Below, one piece after another: positions 1 through 12,633 of a DNA stretch of 64,000 nt (position 1 is its first letter; every line of letters begins with the position of its first letter). The notes beneath the pieces are model-generated. The model had not been told where the DNA came from. It did no database searches and worked only from the letters and a program-made list of their open reading frames with translations. The stretch lies in contig JBDOQK010000007.1 of assembly GCA_040437565.1 (NCBI GenBank), positions 124,001 through 188,000 of the forward strand. The letters are read 5' to 3'. This DNA comes from Albugo candida. Taxonomy: Eukaryota. The position numbers and the translations under genes are program-made.

Positions 1-187
1 TGTAAACCAGCCAAGTTGTCTAAAGGTAGCTCATCGAAGCAGCGAAGGTGGCATGCATTTCTGAAGGTTGGGTCTGATGAGTTGAAGTGTTCTATTATTT
101 TTTGTCAAGGATTTCATTACACTTCATCTGGTTCTTTAATTACCCTCAAAATCCTATCATGATCCCCTGACTGTGTGAATATCACTG

Positions 188-848
188 AAGTCTAACTTCA
201 AACGAAGTGTTCTTTTATTGTATTTTATTCCGTTGCATCTATTCAGACCAATCAGAGGCCACGATTTCCATCAATTTATAAAGGGTGGGGCTGGATAACG
301 ATTCTCCTAATTTTATTTTACTTACTCTGTTCTGTTTGTTTGAACTAATCAGAGGCCACAGATATAATAATTTATGGAGGCTACGGGCTGGTTGAGGTTA
401 GGGAGCCTTCAGTATTCACTCACCCTCTTAATTAGGGCTGCAAATGGATCCACTGGATCTGGATGTCGAATGGATATCCAGTGGAACTGGACCTGAGAGT
501 TGGATCCATTTGCATCAAAAAAACTTAGCATGCATCTACCAAGTAGTGACTATGACGGTCATATGTAGAATTTTAGTGAAGTATGCCGCTGATAACAATC
601 TATATCGTGGAATATATTCTATAGATTATATAGGGAGCCGCTTACTAGCCCCCAGCCTCCGTAAATTATTATATTGGTGGCCTCTGATTGGTTCAAACAA
701 ACAGAACAGAGTAAGTGAAATAAATTTAGGAGAATCGTTATCCAGCCCCACCCTTTATAAATTGATGGAAATCGTGGCCTCTGATTGGTCTGAATAGATG
801 CAACGGAATAAAATACAATAAAAGAACACTTCGTTTGAAGTCAGACTT
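188..848. mobile_element. Foldback/MITE-like element with long (about 200 bp) inverted arms
   Basis: About 188-391 is the near-perfect reverse complement of about 645-848 (e.g. CTTCAAACGAAGTGTTCTTTTATTG / CAATAAAAGAACACTTCGTTTGAAG). AATCAGAGGCCAC occurs twice per arm. There is a nested hairpin at about 440-513 and no transposase. Confidence 0.75.
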
Positions 849-1082
849 AGACTTCTCAATTTGCCGGCTACTACGTAACCGCCCAATTTAGTACAACACA
901 ACTCGAAAAACTACTTTTTTCAACTCTTTCCTCTCGAAAACAATGGTCCAAGTCGACATATCGACACAACCAAGGGTGCTAGNNNNNNNNNNNNNNNNNN
1001 NNNNNNNNNNNNNNNNNNNNNNNNNNNNNNNNNNNNNNNNNNNNNNNNNNNNNNNNNNNNNNNNNNNNNNNNNNNNNNNNNN

Positions 1083-1215
1083 TTGCTACTATTCAATGAT
1101 GCAGAAGGTCCTTTTTCTTTTGAAACATTACGAGAAGCACTCAATCTATCCGTAGACGTTGTGAAACGGATCCTGCACTCGCTGTCATGTGGAAAATACA
1201 AAATCTTGACCAAAA
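1083..1215 (+). pseudogene. Cullin C-terminal-region fragment
   Basis: LLFNDAEGPFSFETLREALNLSVDVVKRILHSLSCGKYKILTK resembles the cullin-1-type LLFN...LHSLSCxKYKIL segment. It starts at a gap edge and runs into unrelated A/C-rich sequence. Confidence 0.7.
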
Positions 1216-1506
1216 CCAAAACCACATTCAAAATCAACCGCAACATAAACCAAAAAAGCAACCAAAACAAACAAACGCGCCAACGGTGCTCGTGGTGGTA
1301 CCACAAAAGGTAGTGAAGCCAGTTCTCAGTGAAGAATTGAAAGCGAGGAAACCTGAACGGAAGCTATCCGATCAAATCTCGTTGGAGCTCAGTACTCCCT
1401 CAACTANNNNNNNNNNNNNNNNNNNNNNNNNNNNNNNNNNNNNNNNNNNNNNNNNNNNNNNNNNNNNNNNNNNNNNNNNNNNNNNNNNNNNNNNNNNNNN
1501 NNNNNN

Positions 1507-2002
1507 TCGTTTCTGGTTCTTGAAGGATATTCAGCCCGACATCATATTGTGCACGCAGCCTTCGTGTGGGGCTGTGGAATCCGATCAACATCTCTTTCTA
1601 GAGTGCGATCACACGGCACACTTATGGAGGGAGTTACTCCCTAGTTGGGATCCGTTTTTCTCCTCTCGACCACGTTGTACGGATATTGCATGTGCAATCG
1701 TACCAACACTACGGTCGGATTGGAAAGAATATTTAGCAATTCTATCGGATTTATGGCTTACATTGCAAGCGATGACACTGCACTTCGTCTGGACAGATCG
1801 GAATCGTCGTTTGTTCGATCAGCGATCAGCAACTCCGACAGTTCCAGCACTTTCCGTCATTTATACCACGTTTAGTGCGCACCTTCGGTACTTTCGAAGA
1901 CAGTGTTACGACCAAGAGGAACGCATTCGGCTTGCAAAGGGGCTGGATCAACTCGCAACACAAGGATCATTTGGTGGATTTTTCAGAAGTCGAAGATCCT
2001 AG
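1507..2002 (+). mobile_element. Non-LTR (LINE-like) retrotransposon 3' fragment
   Basis: C-x4-CGAVESDQHLFLECDHTAHLW followed by ...HFVWTDRNRRLF is typical of the zf-RVT zinc-binding region C-terminal to LINE reverse transcriptase. Confidence 0.75.
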
Positions 2003-3443
2003 TGCTAGTTGGCTGGTTATGCTCACAGCGGTGTGGCGCTCACCAATTCGCAAATCGCGGTACTTTTGGACCATTTTACAGCTTTTCAACTTTACAGCAT
2101 TTACAAGCTGGACACAGCCTCGTATTAAGGGTGCTGAGGCTACTGCGATACGAGAGTATCAACGAGAAGACATATTATCATCTCTCACAGGTATTTCATG
2201 AAACGGTTTTTGATAGCCTAGGCAACTAGAGAATCAGTTAGTCTAATTCTAGTAATATAGACACCTCCATCTGAGCTGGGTACGGACCCCTATGAGATCA
2301 CGTTTTGTTTGGGCTTTGCTTGCGCCCAGCTGTATCTAAGAATTTTTCTTGGCATCCGATGAAAACTCATCGATGCCGGTGCTTTGGAACGCTATGATAG
2401 ATTATATTCAATACATGGCCTGGGTTCAGAATCTTTGTCTCCTTACAAGTAAGCAAAATTAGTTTACACCGCATTTCACTGATATTAAATGAGTGATTCA
2501 CAGTTTTCTCGTAGATTTTCCGCCATCTACACGTGATTACTATTTTTCAAGCAGCTCAGCAGAAAAGGAGACGAGTATTTTGCCGAGGAATTGGTATTGC
2601 ATACAGATAGCATCACGAGCACTCGAACACACAGTGCCATGGTTATAGAGCTCGAGCGAGTCATCAGATTAATGCAATAAGCTAGAACGTGTTGAAAGCT
2701 TGAGATGTAGAGGATATTTGAGCCTGAGCGGATAATTGAACGTTATGATGAGCGTAACGACCATATAAAAATTCAGCTCGATGACCTATACAAATCGATA
2801 ACGTTAATGTACCAATCACTCGTGTCTGCCATTCATCAGCGAGAAAAAGCGCAACAATCGCTATAAAATACGGCGTTATTCTCTGGTTTTAATAGCATAA
2901 GAGCAGGAGTATCTATCACTCAACTTGGCTATACATGCGTTGCATTATCTCAGGGATCCTTGGCGATGTTACAAAGTTTACGTAAACACACTTAGAGCAT
3001 CTGTTGCAGTAATCTCATAGAGACAAAGAATAGTACATTTAGATCAAAACGTAATCAATAGAATGTAATGGGTACGTCTGCCCCTTGATGTAATCATTCC
3101 AGACATTGCTGCTGATTGCGAAAGATTACACAAGTCAAATCAACAGAAATACAAGCATCCAGAAACTGTAAAGTACTGTGATTGCTTGTGGACGGATAGA
3201 ACAGCGTCGCCATTCCACAATAGTCGTGTTCGTTGCCTTCAAAATGAGTGTTATCCGTACATTGACTGATGCTTGAGTAATCTCAGAAACATAAGGATTT
3301 CGGAGCTTAGAATGCTGACGGCGATCAGAAAATGACTAGAACGTGGTATACGTGGTAAATTTTGAACGGTTGAATCAAAATACTGGAATTTTCTAAAAAA
3401 ATGCTAGAAATAGCGGAACTATGGATACCGTTACTGTTGTGAT

Positions 3444-3636
3444 TATAAAGAAAGCGCAACTACTTCTCAGTGCTAAAACATGGAAAGTGATATTAAGAGT
3501 TGAAAACACTGTTAAGAACGAATGTATAAACCCCCTCATGAAATGATCGCCCCTTCCAGATAGCTCGAAGACCACTGTTCATGCAAGTTGCCCTTTTCAC
3601 GACACACATATCCGTCCTGATGCCTAATCCGCTACA
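3444..3636 (-). repeat. 3' LTR of Copia element
   Basis: Direct repeat of 7581-7773. On the minus strand it is preceded by the polypurine tract AGTTGAAAGGGAG and starts TGTAGC. Confidence 0.93.
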
Positions 3637-6600
3637 CTCCCTTTCAACTTGCACTATCGCGAATTCCACTTTCATTGCGTAGTTGTAGTAATTACGGTGC
3701 ACCAAGTAGCTTCGTCAGGTAATCAGCAAGTTGCATAGCTGACGGAATATGCTTGAGTTGGATCTCGCCTTGTTCAACGTGGTCCCGAACGAAATGCAAC
3801 CTGAGGTCAATGTGTTTATCTCTTGGTGTGTAGCCTCGATTCGTCACAATACTTATCGCCGACTTGTTTTACATGTGCACTGTAGTCGCAGTCTTGCACG
3901 TGACACCCATCTATTTCAGCAAATAACGAATCCATAGAATTTCTTGTGTAGCTAGTGCCACTGCCATATATTCCGCTTCATTAGATGATAAAGCTACCGA
4001 AGTTTGGCGTTTCCTTTTATATACGATAACCGTGCCACCGAGCAGAATAAATACACCAGATGTAGATCGACGAGTCTTCTTGTCATTTCTCCAATTCGCG
4101 TCACAGTATGCCCAAAGCATAATCTTTTTGTCGTCCGATTTCTTGTACGTAATTCCGTTCTGTTGTGTTCCCATAAGATAATGTAAAACGCGTAAAGCCG
4201 CACGCCAGCCAGTGCATCTGTCGTGGCTGGTCCAAGTACTGCGATAATACTGCCATCGCATAGCTTATATCTGGTCGTGTTGCGTTCGCAATATACAGCA
4301 GCGAACCAACCAACTTGCGATACGAAGTGCTGTCTTTAAGCACTGGTTATGATCCATTAGGAGTTAAGTCCTGACCTGTACAGATGGGATTGCGAACTGC
4401 ATAGGCTCCACTTTGCACAAACTTCGAGACCAACTTCGCAATAAATTGGGACTGTTTCAAAACCAACTACCCTTTTTCTTGTGAATAATTCACTTCCATT
4501 CCAAAATAAACCGCGCAGCTTCAATTGACTTGACAGTAAAATGAAATGTTAATTCCTTGTAAATCGTGTCTGCCTCAGCATCTGACTTACTTCCAACTAG
4601 GAGGTCACCCACATACAAGACTATCTATGTGGGTGACTTGATGTTTGCATGATTGCATCGAGCAAAATACATGTGTCTGCTCGACACTGTTCGAATCCCA
4701 TGGTAGAAAACATGGAGCATACTTTCTTGTGCCAGACCGCAACCGCTTGCTTCAGCCCATTTAAGCTGCGTCGTAATTTGCACACCATTCCACGTGCAAT
4801 CTGAGCTCCAATGGGTGGCTCCATGAAAACTTCTTCTTCCAAGTCACCGTTTTAAAACGCTGTTGCCACGTCGAATTGCCGGATTACATATTGCATGCTG
4901 CTGCAACAAACCTACAGAAACACGCGAATCGTATTTGAGCATGCAACAGGTTAATATGTGTCGAATTAATCAAAGCCACGCGTTTGTAAATATCCGAGGG
5001 CAGCCAAACGCGCTTTGTAACGAACGATATCACAGTTTTCATCCTACTTATTCCCAAATACCCACTTGTGACCTATGACCTTGACACCCGAAGGACGGTA
5101 GAAAACGTCCCATGTGTGGTTCTTACGATAAGCTTCAACTTCTGCCTGAACAGCTTTTTGCCATTGTTCTGAATTCGTTGACTTCAACCCTTTTCGAAAC
5201 TTCATCGGTACGTCAGTGGCAGAAAGCGAAATTTCGTAATTGTCAACACATTGACGTTTGGGTTCCGGCTCGACTCGTTCGCTATAAACGGGCGATCCAT
5301 CAGTCAGGAGTGGGAGATTAACACTATCCTCTTCAAAGCCATCATTAGTGAGTAGAATAGATGAAATAGAAGAACGATAAGGTTTTTTGTTCGACCCCGA
5401 GTATATCTCAAGTCGGGTATCTGGCGGGGGGTGGGAATCCGCATAACGTATAATAGTTCGTGATGGGTCAGATATTCCTGGAAGCATTTTTGTACCGTTA
5501 TTGCCACTTTCAACGACAGTCTCGCTTGGTGTACTACCTGTCGTTGTGTTGATTGGTTGTATATCTGTACGCCCCCCCCCCTCTGTCGGAACCATTGCTA
5601 AGGNNNNNNNNNNNNNNNNNNNNNNNNNNNNNNNNNNNNNNNNNNNNNNNNNNNNNNNNNNNNNNNNNNNNNNNNNNNNNNNNNNNNNNNNNNNNNNNNN
5701 NNNTAGAGCGCGCAGTATTCGGAATTCGATTGATGGTGTAGGCACCCGTCATAATCGCTTCACACCACCAGATACGATCCATTTCCATGTGGTACATCAT
5801 CGTGCGGGCCATCTCGACAAGGGTTCAATTCATCCTCTCTGCTGACCCGTTTTGTTGCGGATTGTATGGCACGCTTGTCTGGTGAAGAATACCGTGACCT
5901 GCACAGTACTTGTTGAAACGATGATTCATATACTCTCCACCATTGTAACTTCGAATGCACTTGATCTTGCAAGCCGTTTCCGTCTCTACCATAACACGAA
6001 ACGCCTTGATTCGCTCCAAAACTAGGGACTTTGTTGCTAGCAAATATACGTAGACAAAGCGGCTGTAATCGTCAATAAATGTGAGTACGTATAGAGCACC
6101 ACCCTTCGACTTCGAGCTCATAGGTCCCATAAGATCAGTGTGTACTATTTTAAGCGGCCACCTCGTTTGTACTTCACTGCCTGAAGTATGACTGAACGGG
6201 CTGTTCCTCATTTTGCCACGCGCACATCCATCACATACACCGCCATCAAATGCAACGACTCCTAAATACCATCGCAAGCCTTTATCGCTTGCAAGATCTT
6301 GTTTGCAGACACGTGACCTAGGCGAGCATGCCATAGTCCATTAGTTTCATTTTTTGCAACTCTGCTCTCAGCCTTGTGTGCCTCCAATGCGACATGTTAT
6401 TTCACATTCCACGTAAGCAGCTTTCCCACTTCTTAATTACTGCTACAGTCACTTCGTTACTCACCAGTATTGCTTGATCGCGCTTAAACTGAACCAGCAC
6501 GCCTCGGGCTGTCAACACTGGTACAGAAACCAATTTCTTGTCTAGTCCAGGCACATGTAACACTTCTGTTAGCTTGACTGTGCGACCATTTTCGAGTATA

Positions 6601-7580
6601 AATCGTACTGCGCCTGTTCCGTGTGCCTGTAACTGCTGTCCATTCGCCACAGTGATGCAAGTTGGGGTACTTAGGGTACTTAAATCCTCATATTCCACGA
6701 ATTCACTCTTGCCATCAGTCATGTGACGACTTGCCCCACTATCCAGCAACCAAGTCGTACTTGAAATTGTTTCGTCACTTGATGCCGAAAAACCAAGTTC
6801 ATCACCAGGTTTCGATGGTTTCACGTTGCGATACTGATATCGTTTGTGACCGTGCCAGCCAAAACTGAAACAATTGCCTTGAAAAATAGCGTTAGCATGT
6901 CCTCTTCTTCAAATTTGGTGGCGAACAACATGTTCTTCTTGTCCACAGTTTCCTTCAAAGTGTCGAGGTTCATTACGATGAAATTGCGCCTTGAAATCGG
7001 TTTCCTTCTTGACTCGCCTCTGAAGAGTGTCATACTCCAGGCGGAGCATCTCTTTCGTGTCCAGCAGTGTCACGTTGCTGTGTGCCTCAATAATGCGTAC
7101 CATATCATCATATTCGGATGATAAACTTCCCAAAAGTAAAACCAGCTTTTCATCATCATCCATGCTGTCACCGGCATCCCTATGCTTTAGACACAGCTCA
7201 TCAGACTTGAGTAGATGATCCATAAGACTTGCACCAGTCTCCATCACAAATTCATGTAGTTGCATTCGAGGTTGCACTCGGTTGTGAAGGTTTTTCTTCG
7301 CAAAGAACGTCTTTAAACCTCCCAAGCCTCAATAGCCGACCCACATTCCCGAACCATACACTAATAGGTTGGAGAGAGCAGCTTCACCAGCACAGACAAA
7401 GCCTTCATGTTGGCGACTTTCCATTCGGGATGCTCCTGCAGCACTGCCGGCTCTGGTTTGATCATACCGTGATCCAAAAGTTTCTTGCGCGCGAAGGTCA
7501 TGCGTGCATTGAATTCCCACACGAAATAGTTGTCATCCGTGAGGATGTCATTGGTAGCTAATGTATTTGGGCTCATAATC

Positions 7581-7773
7581 TATAACGAAAGCACAACTAC
7601 TTCTCAGTGCTAAAAAATGGAAAGTGATATTAAGAGTTAGAAAAACTGGTAAGAATGAATATATAAATCCCTTCATAAACTGATCACTCCTTCCAGATAG
7701 TTCGAAGACCACTGTTCATGCAAGTTGCCCTTTTCATGACACACATAACCGTCGTGATGCCTAATCCGCTACA
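7581..7773 (-). repeat. 5' LTR of Copia element
   Basis: Direct repeat of 3444-3636. On the minus strand it is followed by the PBS-like GATTATGAGCCC, which contains the gag ATG. Confidence 0.93.
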
Positions 7774-8469
7774 GTGATTACATGCCGCCAAATGAGACCG
7801 ATCTAGGATACCAGAGTTCAAATGTGGCTTTGCGATCATGTCGCAAGACAAACGTTCTTACCTAAATCTCCATATCCATGGAGTATTCTTGGAGAGGAAG
7901 GAAGATTCCAAGAATGCTCCAGCAGATGTGATATCTCTACTCAAAATCAGCACGTTCACTATTTAATTTCCATTTTCGGTTCTCCTTCGCACACCAGAGA
8001 TACAGTCAGTTTAACATCATGGAGTCAATGATCCTCCTACAATTCCTCTCGTCTCTATGTCTCATCACATCAGCACATGATAAGGACATTAATACCGCAG
8101 GAAGTACAGTGCTGAAGAATTCTTCAGCTTTAGCAATCAGAAATAAGACATTACAAAACAATTATACTGCATTGATTGGAAACAACGTGGCAGTTTGAAA
8201 GAATTCTTAAATAAGGAGTCGGTGAACAGACCCAGGACATTAATGTCGCTGGAATCACTATAATGAAGAATTCGTCAGTGTTGGCGATCAACAATAGGGT
8301 ATTGAAACATAATACTATCGCATTTGTTGGTAACAATGTGGCCATTCAAAAGAACTCTGAAATCGAAAAAGAGTCGGCTGAGCAGGTTCCTGCTTGACCT
8401 GCTTCCCAGTAGAGAGACATTCTGATTATGCCATAAGAGGTGGATTCGGAACAATTCTCTGACACGTAA

Positions 8470-9153
8470 TGCCCAATCGGCTATTGTTGGTGCATGAGTA
8501 CGTTTCGTCAGCTTGTGCACAGAAAAACTGATGTCTGGACGGGTGCAGCACGCAAACCATAAAAGGCTCCCAGCCAGAGACTGAAACGTTTTTATCGTTA
8601 ACTTCTTGACTGAACGCGTCTTCAAGCACTCCGAATTTGATGCTGTGCTATCACTGGAGTCTTGACCAATAGGTGTGAGAACCGGATGCGCTTCATCTGG
8701 ACCCATTTTCGTTATCAATTCACATATGAGCGGTTTCTGATCCAAAAAAAAATTTCCATCTTATTCGTTTTTGCGAACTCGCGTTCCCATGAGCTTGCTG
8801 ACGGGTCCGNNNNNNNNNNNNNNNNNNNNNNNNNNNNNNNNNNNNNNNNNNNNNNNNNNNNNNNNNNNNNNNNNNNNNNNNNNNNNNNNNNNNNNNNNNN
8901 NNNNNNNNNGCTCCCAGCCAGAGACTGAAACGTTTTTATCGTTAACTTCTTGACTGAACGCGTCTTCAAGCACTCCGAATTTGATGCTGTGCTATCACTG
9001 GAGTCTTGACCAATAGGTGTGAGAACCGGATGCGCTTCATCTGGACCCATTTTCGTTATCAATTCACATATGAGCGGTTTCTGATCCAAAAAAAAATTTC
9101 CATCTTATTCGTTTTTGCGAACTCGCGTTCCCATGAGCTTGCTGACGGGTCCG
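8470..9153 (-). mobile_element. Second Copia RT fragment (partly duplicated across a gap)
   Basis: FQSLAGSLLWFACCTRPDISFSVHKLT is a Copia RT C-terminal motif. 8570-8809 recurs identically in 8910-9153. Confidence 0.8.
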
Positions 9154-9171
9154 AGACATGATAGTTTCAAT

Positions 9172-9935
9172 TCAATATACCAATTTCTAAAAGACGCCGA
9201 TACCTATAAAGCTCTGATACATCTGCGCAAGAAAGCATGCGTATATTAGTCGCCTCTTGTGAAAGGTGAGCGCACTGATATATGACAAAACGTATCTAGT
9301 TCTTTAGCCTTCTCCGTTTTCCTCAATTTAAACTGACCGAGAAGTGTGCCCTTTGGTGTGAGCTTTTTTACCACGTACCACTAAATACGTGAATCTCTCG
9401 ATTACTTGCGATTGTTCGCTCACATAAGCTGAGTAGTCAATTTACGAAAGATATAACCTTGATATCATGCTGAGTGACAAAATTCGGATGACAGAGTGTC
9501 ATGAGAGAACATTCATATGTGTTAAGTATACGAAAGCCAGACAAATATTGGGACGAGAAAGTTCATTGTGGATTATGCATCGAGTCAGCATTTTTGAATA
9601 CAGCAAAAACACTCACCCGTTTAAGGTGATAGCTGTGACTTAATATACCAATTCTGAAAGACGCTGAAACCTATAAATCACTTATGCCTCTGCGCACTTT
9701 CTCTGTAAACCGTGAACGCAATGACATATGAAGAAACGTAGCTAGTTCTTTAGCCTTTTTCGTTTTCCTCAATTTTAACTGAACAAAAAGTGTGCACTTT
9801 GGTTTGAGCTCTTTTACCACGTATCACTAAATACTTGATTCTCTCGATTACTTGCGATTGTTCGCTCACATAAGCTGAGTAGTCAATCTACGAAAGATGT
9901 AACCTTTATGTCATGCTGAGTGACAAAATTCGGAT
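9172..9935. repeat. Diverged direct repeat of about 300 bp (about 9172-9489 and 9643-9935)
   Basis: Both copies share TAGTTCTTTAGCCTT...CTCTCGATTACTTGCGATTGTTCGCTCACATAAGCTGAGTAGTCAAT...TGAGTGACAAAATTCGGAT, with scattered substitutions and indels. Confidence 0.85.
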
Positions 9936-10527
9936 CCTTCCATCACGTAATATTCCTTGCCGTCCTCCAATCCACCTGATTCAACTTCGCTTTCTATATC
10001 TCCTGAGCAATTCGGTATCTAACTGCAGAGAGCTTCGATTGGGTCAGAGCCTTCACAAAATCTCGTCGTTCAATTGATTCCTCCACTCCACTGCGCCTCT
10101 TTCATCTGTAATAAACCCATTAAATTCAGACAGATCGCAAATGTGATTGCCAGAGGCACCACTCTATTTCGAAGCGTCGAATCGCGACACAAAATCCAAT
10201 CGGCTGGCTTGATATGGTTCGTACACTAGAGCCAATGTCATCAATAGCAAGCGCGTCTTCTAGCGGCGAAGAAGAAGACGTTTGATGCCCTTCCGATTTG
10301 ATTGAATATCGCCTTCGCTTTGGGATATGCTTTGGCCGTTCGATCTTCATGCTCGACGACAAGTGTTTCGGGCACCATGCGATATAATGGATGAGGTAGA
10401 CATGCAGCAAAGCGCATCCAACATGATACGATTGTGTGCGTGTGCAAAGGCACACTGAAGTTTGCTGAGGCCTTTTCTAACCTTTCAGATACCGCACACA
10501 AGCGCTAATCGATCACGAAGGGAACTT
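9936..10527 (-). pseudogene. Decayed copy of the 3' part of the PHD-finger gene (cassette A)
   Basis: YHVGCALLH...IAWCPKHLSSSMKIERPKHIPKRRRYSI matches the end of the 21870-23147 ORF. The copy is frameshifted. Confidence 0.85.
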
Positions 10528-10537
10528 TGTCGGGTAG

Positions 10538-11324
10538 GGAAATACAACACTTAAAAACAGAAATATATCGAAAGCGATTTAGTGCACTTCTTAAGCGAAG
10601 CATACCGGTTTTCTTGCCGCAGGAGGATGCGAGTTACATGAAATCATCAAGACATTCAATTCAGCGTAATGGGGATGATAGACGCATTGAGGCGCTGAAT
10701 GGAGGAAAATCACAGAATGATTACGTCGCCGTCGCTAGGTCAGTGGTAGAGCCTACGAGTGTGTCGAGGTAAGCTAAAAGTGAAGAAGACTCACTTTTCG
10801 AATGTAAATTGATTTTTGCTGCATACTGCGTTTAGGTTCTTAAGCACTACATATCGTCAGCAGCCTCCAGTGCTGCTAGTCTGGCTCGTGATCAAAATAT
10901 CGGCTCCAAAGCTTCTTCCGGATGGTCTTTTGTCCAAAATACGCTGGATGACCTCAATTTAAGAGAAAATGTTAAGACGGGCGCTTCGACTGGTTGGTCT
11001 GCGCTTTCTACCGCTACCAAAAGTGTTTGGAATGCAGATCAATGCGCAGAGGATAGTCCGATCAGTCGAAATACTGTTGCAAGGTCTGAGTCAGATAGCG
11101 AGGTCTCATCGGGACATTCTTTTGCTGTGGAAGAAAGAAGCACCATACCACATTGCGAGCCTGTTGCTACCACGTCAGATTCCGCGTCTTCACATGGAAT
11201 GTCTCTCAGTCAAAAGGATACAAGCCAATGCGCTTCCCCGCCGCTCCAAAAGTCAAATAGCACTTAATCTGAATATATTGCCAAACGAAAAGAGATCAAC
11301 TGCTTTGGTGAGTACTGATTCTGA
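10538..11324 (+). pseudogene. ArfGAP 3'-half pseudogene (cassette A)
   Basis: YRKRFSALL...GDDRRIEALNG and the later exons align with the reverse complement of 51543-52470. It lacks the zinc finger and has frameshifts and stops. Confidence 0.88.
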
Positions 11325-11399
11325 TTCAGGTACATAAGCAGCGCAATTGTTGCATTACCAGACCCCACCCCATTTTTTGGCTGTGACAAATGACTTGCA

Positions 11400-12200
11400 A
11401 GAGGGAGGTATACCTGTAAACTGATTATCCTGCTCTTGGAATTGCTAAAATTGTTCAAAATTCTTCTAGAAGCATGATAGTACAGGCTGTAGCAGATATA
11501 AGTTTAGAATGCGTGCTCGCAAGCCACGGTCAGAAAATGTTTGAAGAATCTAATTCACTCGCCATCGAATTAGGCAGGCTATTAGGTTCACAACAGCGAG
11601 CTCGAAGGCTTCAATTTTTGCAGATTGCAGATTGGAGTTAGTTGTCATTTGCTTCCGCTTTCCTGAGTTCATGTTTCCTGTGATGCTGCCAAAACAAACT
11701 CTTATGAGATCGAAGAAGGACAGTTTGATTCGCTGCAGCAGAAAAGAGATAGAAAGCCACAGTCATGCTCCTACCTAAATGTAAAAAGCTTGCCATCTTG
11801 GACGAGGTGTTGCAAGAAAAGCAATCGGTAATGAAGATGGTGGCACAGAAAAAGAATAAACTAACAGCAAATTGTCCCTCGCCTTCAGCATCGCCATTAG
11901 AACCACATCTGCAACGAACATCTCGTCGATCATCTCGATACTTATATGCGAACGTGGTGACAGCTATATAGCCTTTTGGAGCGGCTGTCCTGTTGTGTTC
12001 TGTCATAGTCTTCCGTACAGTAAATAACCCATTCTCGTGCTCCTTATTTATGTCAGCTACATCGTTCTGATCACCAGAATCAAAGTTCCAGAATGACTCT
12101 GACGAGAATGTATGTGGTCCTAGTATTTTTGTCGGTACGACGGCAACCAAGACCAAAGATGGCTGGTTCAGCGTCTCAAGACAGGGCTATATGTTTTCTT
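11400..12200 (-). pseudogene. Decayed unknown gene X (cassette A)
   Basis: The minus frame QKAI*LSPRSHISIEMIDEMFVADVVLMAMLKARDNLL matches 17260-17595 (HKAIKLPLGLHISTELVDKMFDADVLVKAMLEAEDNLL) and the + strand near 50700. Confidence 0.5.
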
Positions 12201-12633
12201 CTTGTTTTCTAGTGCAACGGGACCGACTAGCTAAGGTTACGAGTTTTTAAGGGAATGCAGGACAGATTACCTTGTGACGTGAACAAATATTCGTATACTC
12301 TTTCAGCAATGACGAAGTTATTACCATGAAGCCTCTGGTCTAGGAAATGATGTGCATGAAAGCAATTAAGCCAAAGTAACATGAAAATCACGTTAAGAAC
12401 CTAGAAGAAAATGACGATATCGATGTCGCATCGCTACGTGGAATACCGGTAACAGCTGCCAATCACCTAAAATGCACAGTTCATGATTTTCGATAAACCC
12501 TGTTTTATATGGAAGGAATTTAAGATCCTCGTGTATCCCGCTTCTGAAGAATTTTCGAAAGTAGACGCCCGTCTCTCAATTTTCAGAGCACTTTTGACTA
12601 TCCGCTTCGCTTGTGTAACCAATCACCCACAAC

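Larger units (their letters stand above)
3444..7773 (-). mobile_element. Ty1/Copia LTR retrotransposon with both LTRs, decayed
   Basis: Two 193-bp LTRs and a GTGAT target-site duplication (3439-3443, 7774-7778). Minus-strand order is gag (NYFVWEFNAR), protease (WLLDSGASRHMT), integrase (VHTDLMGP, FIDDYSRF, PQQNGSAER), RT (GLKQA, YVGDLLV) and RNase H (YCDANW, RSTSG). Many stops and frameshifts; an internal N-gap lies at 5604-5703. Confidence 0.95.

Noticed and set aside
2400-3440. Stop-riddled + strand open stretches, possibly continuing after the Copia at 7779-8420
   Set aside because: May be a decayed gene interrupted by the Copia, but there is no recognisable homology to support a call.
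8570-9153. Exact direct repeats on both sides of 100-N gaps (also 15136-15688, 17403-18172, 22587-23810, 39069-42642, 57146-57829, 61674-61817)
   Set aside because: Identical copies that end and start precisely at gap edges are the signature of unmerged contig overlaps, not biological tandem duplications.
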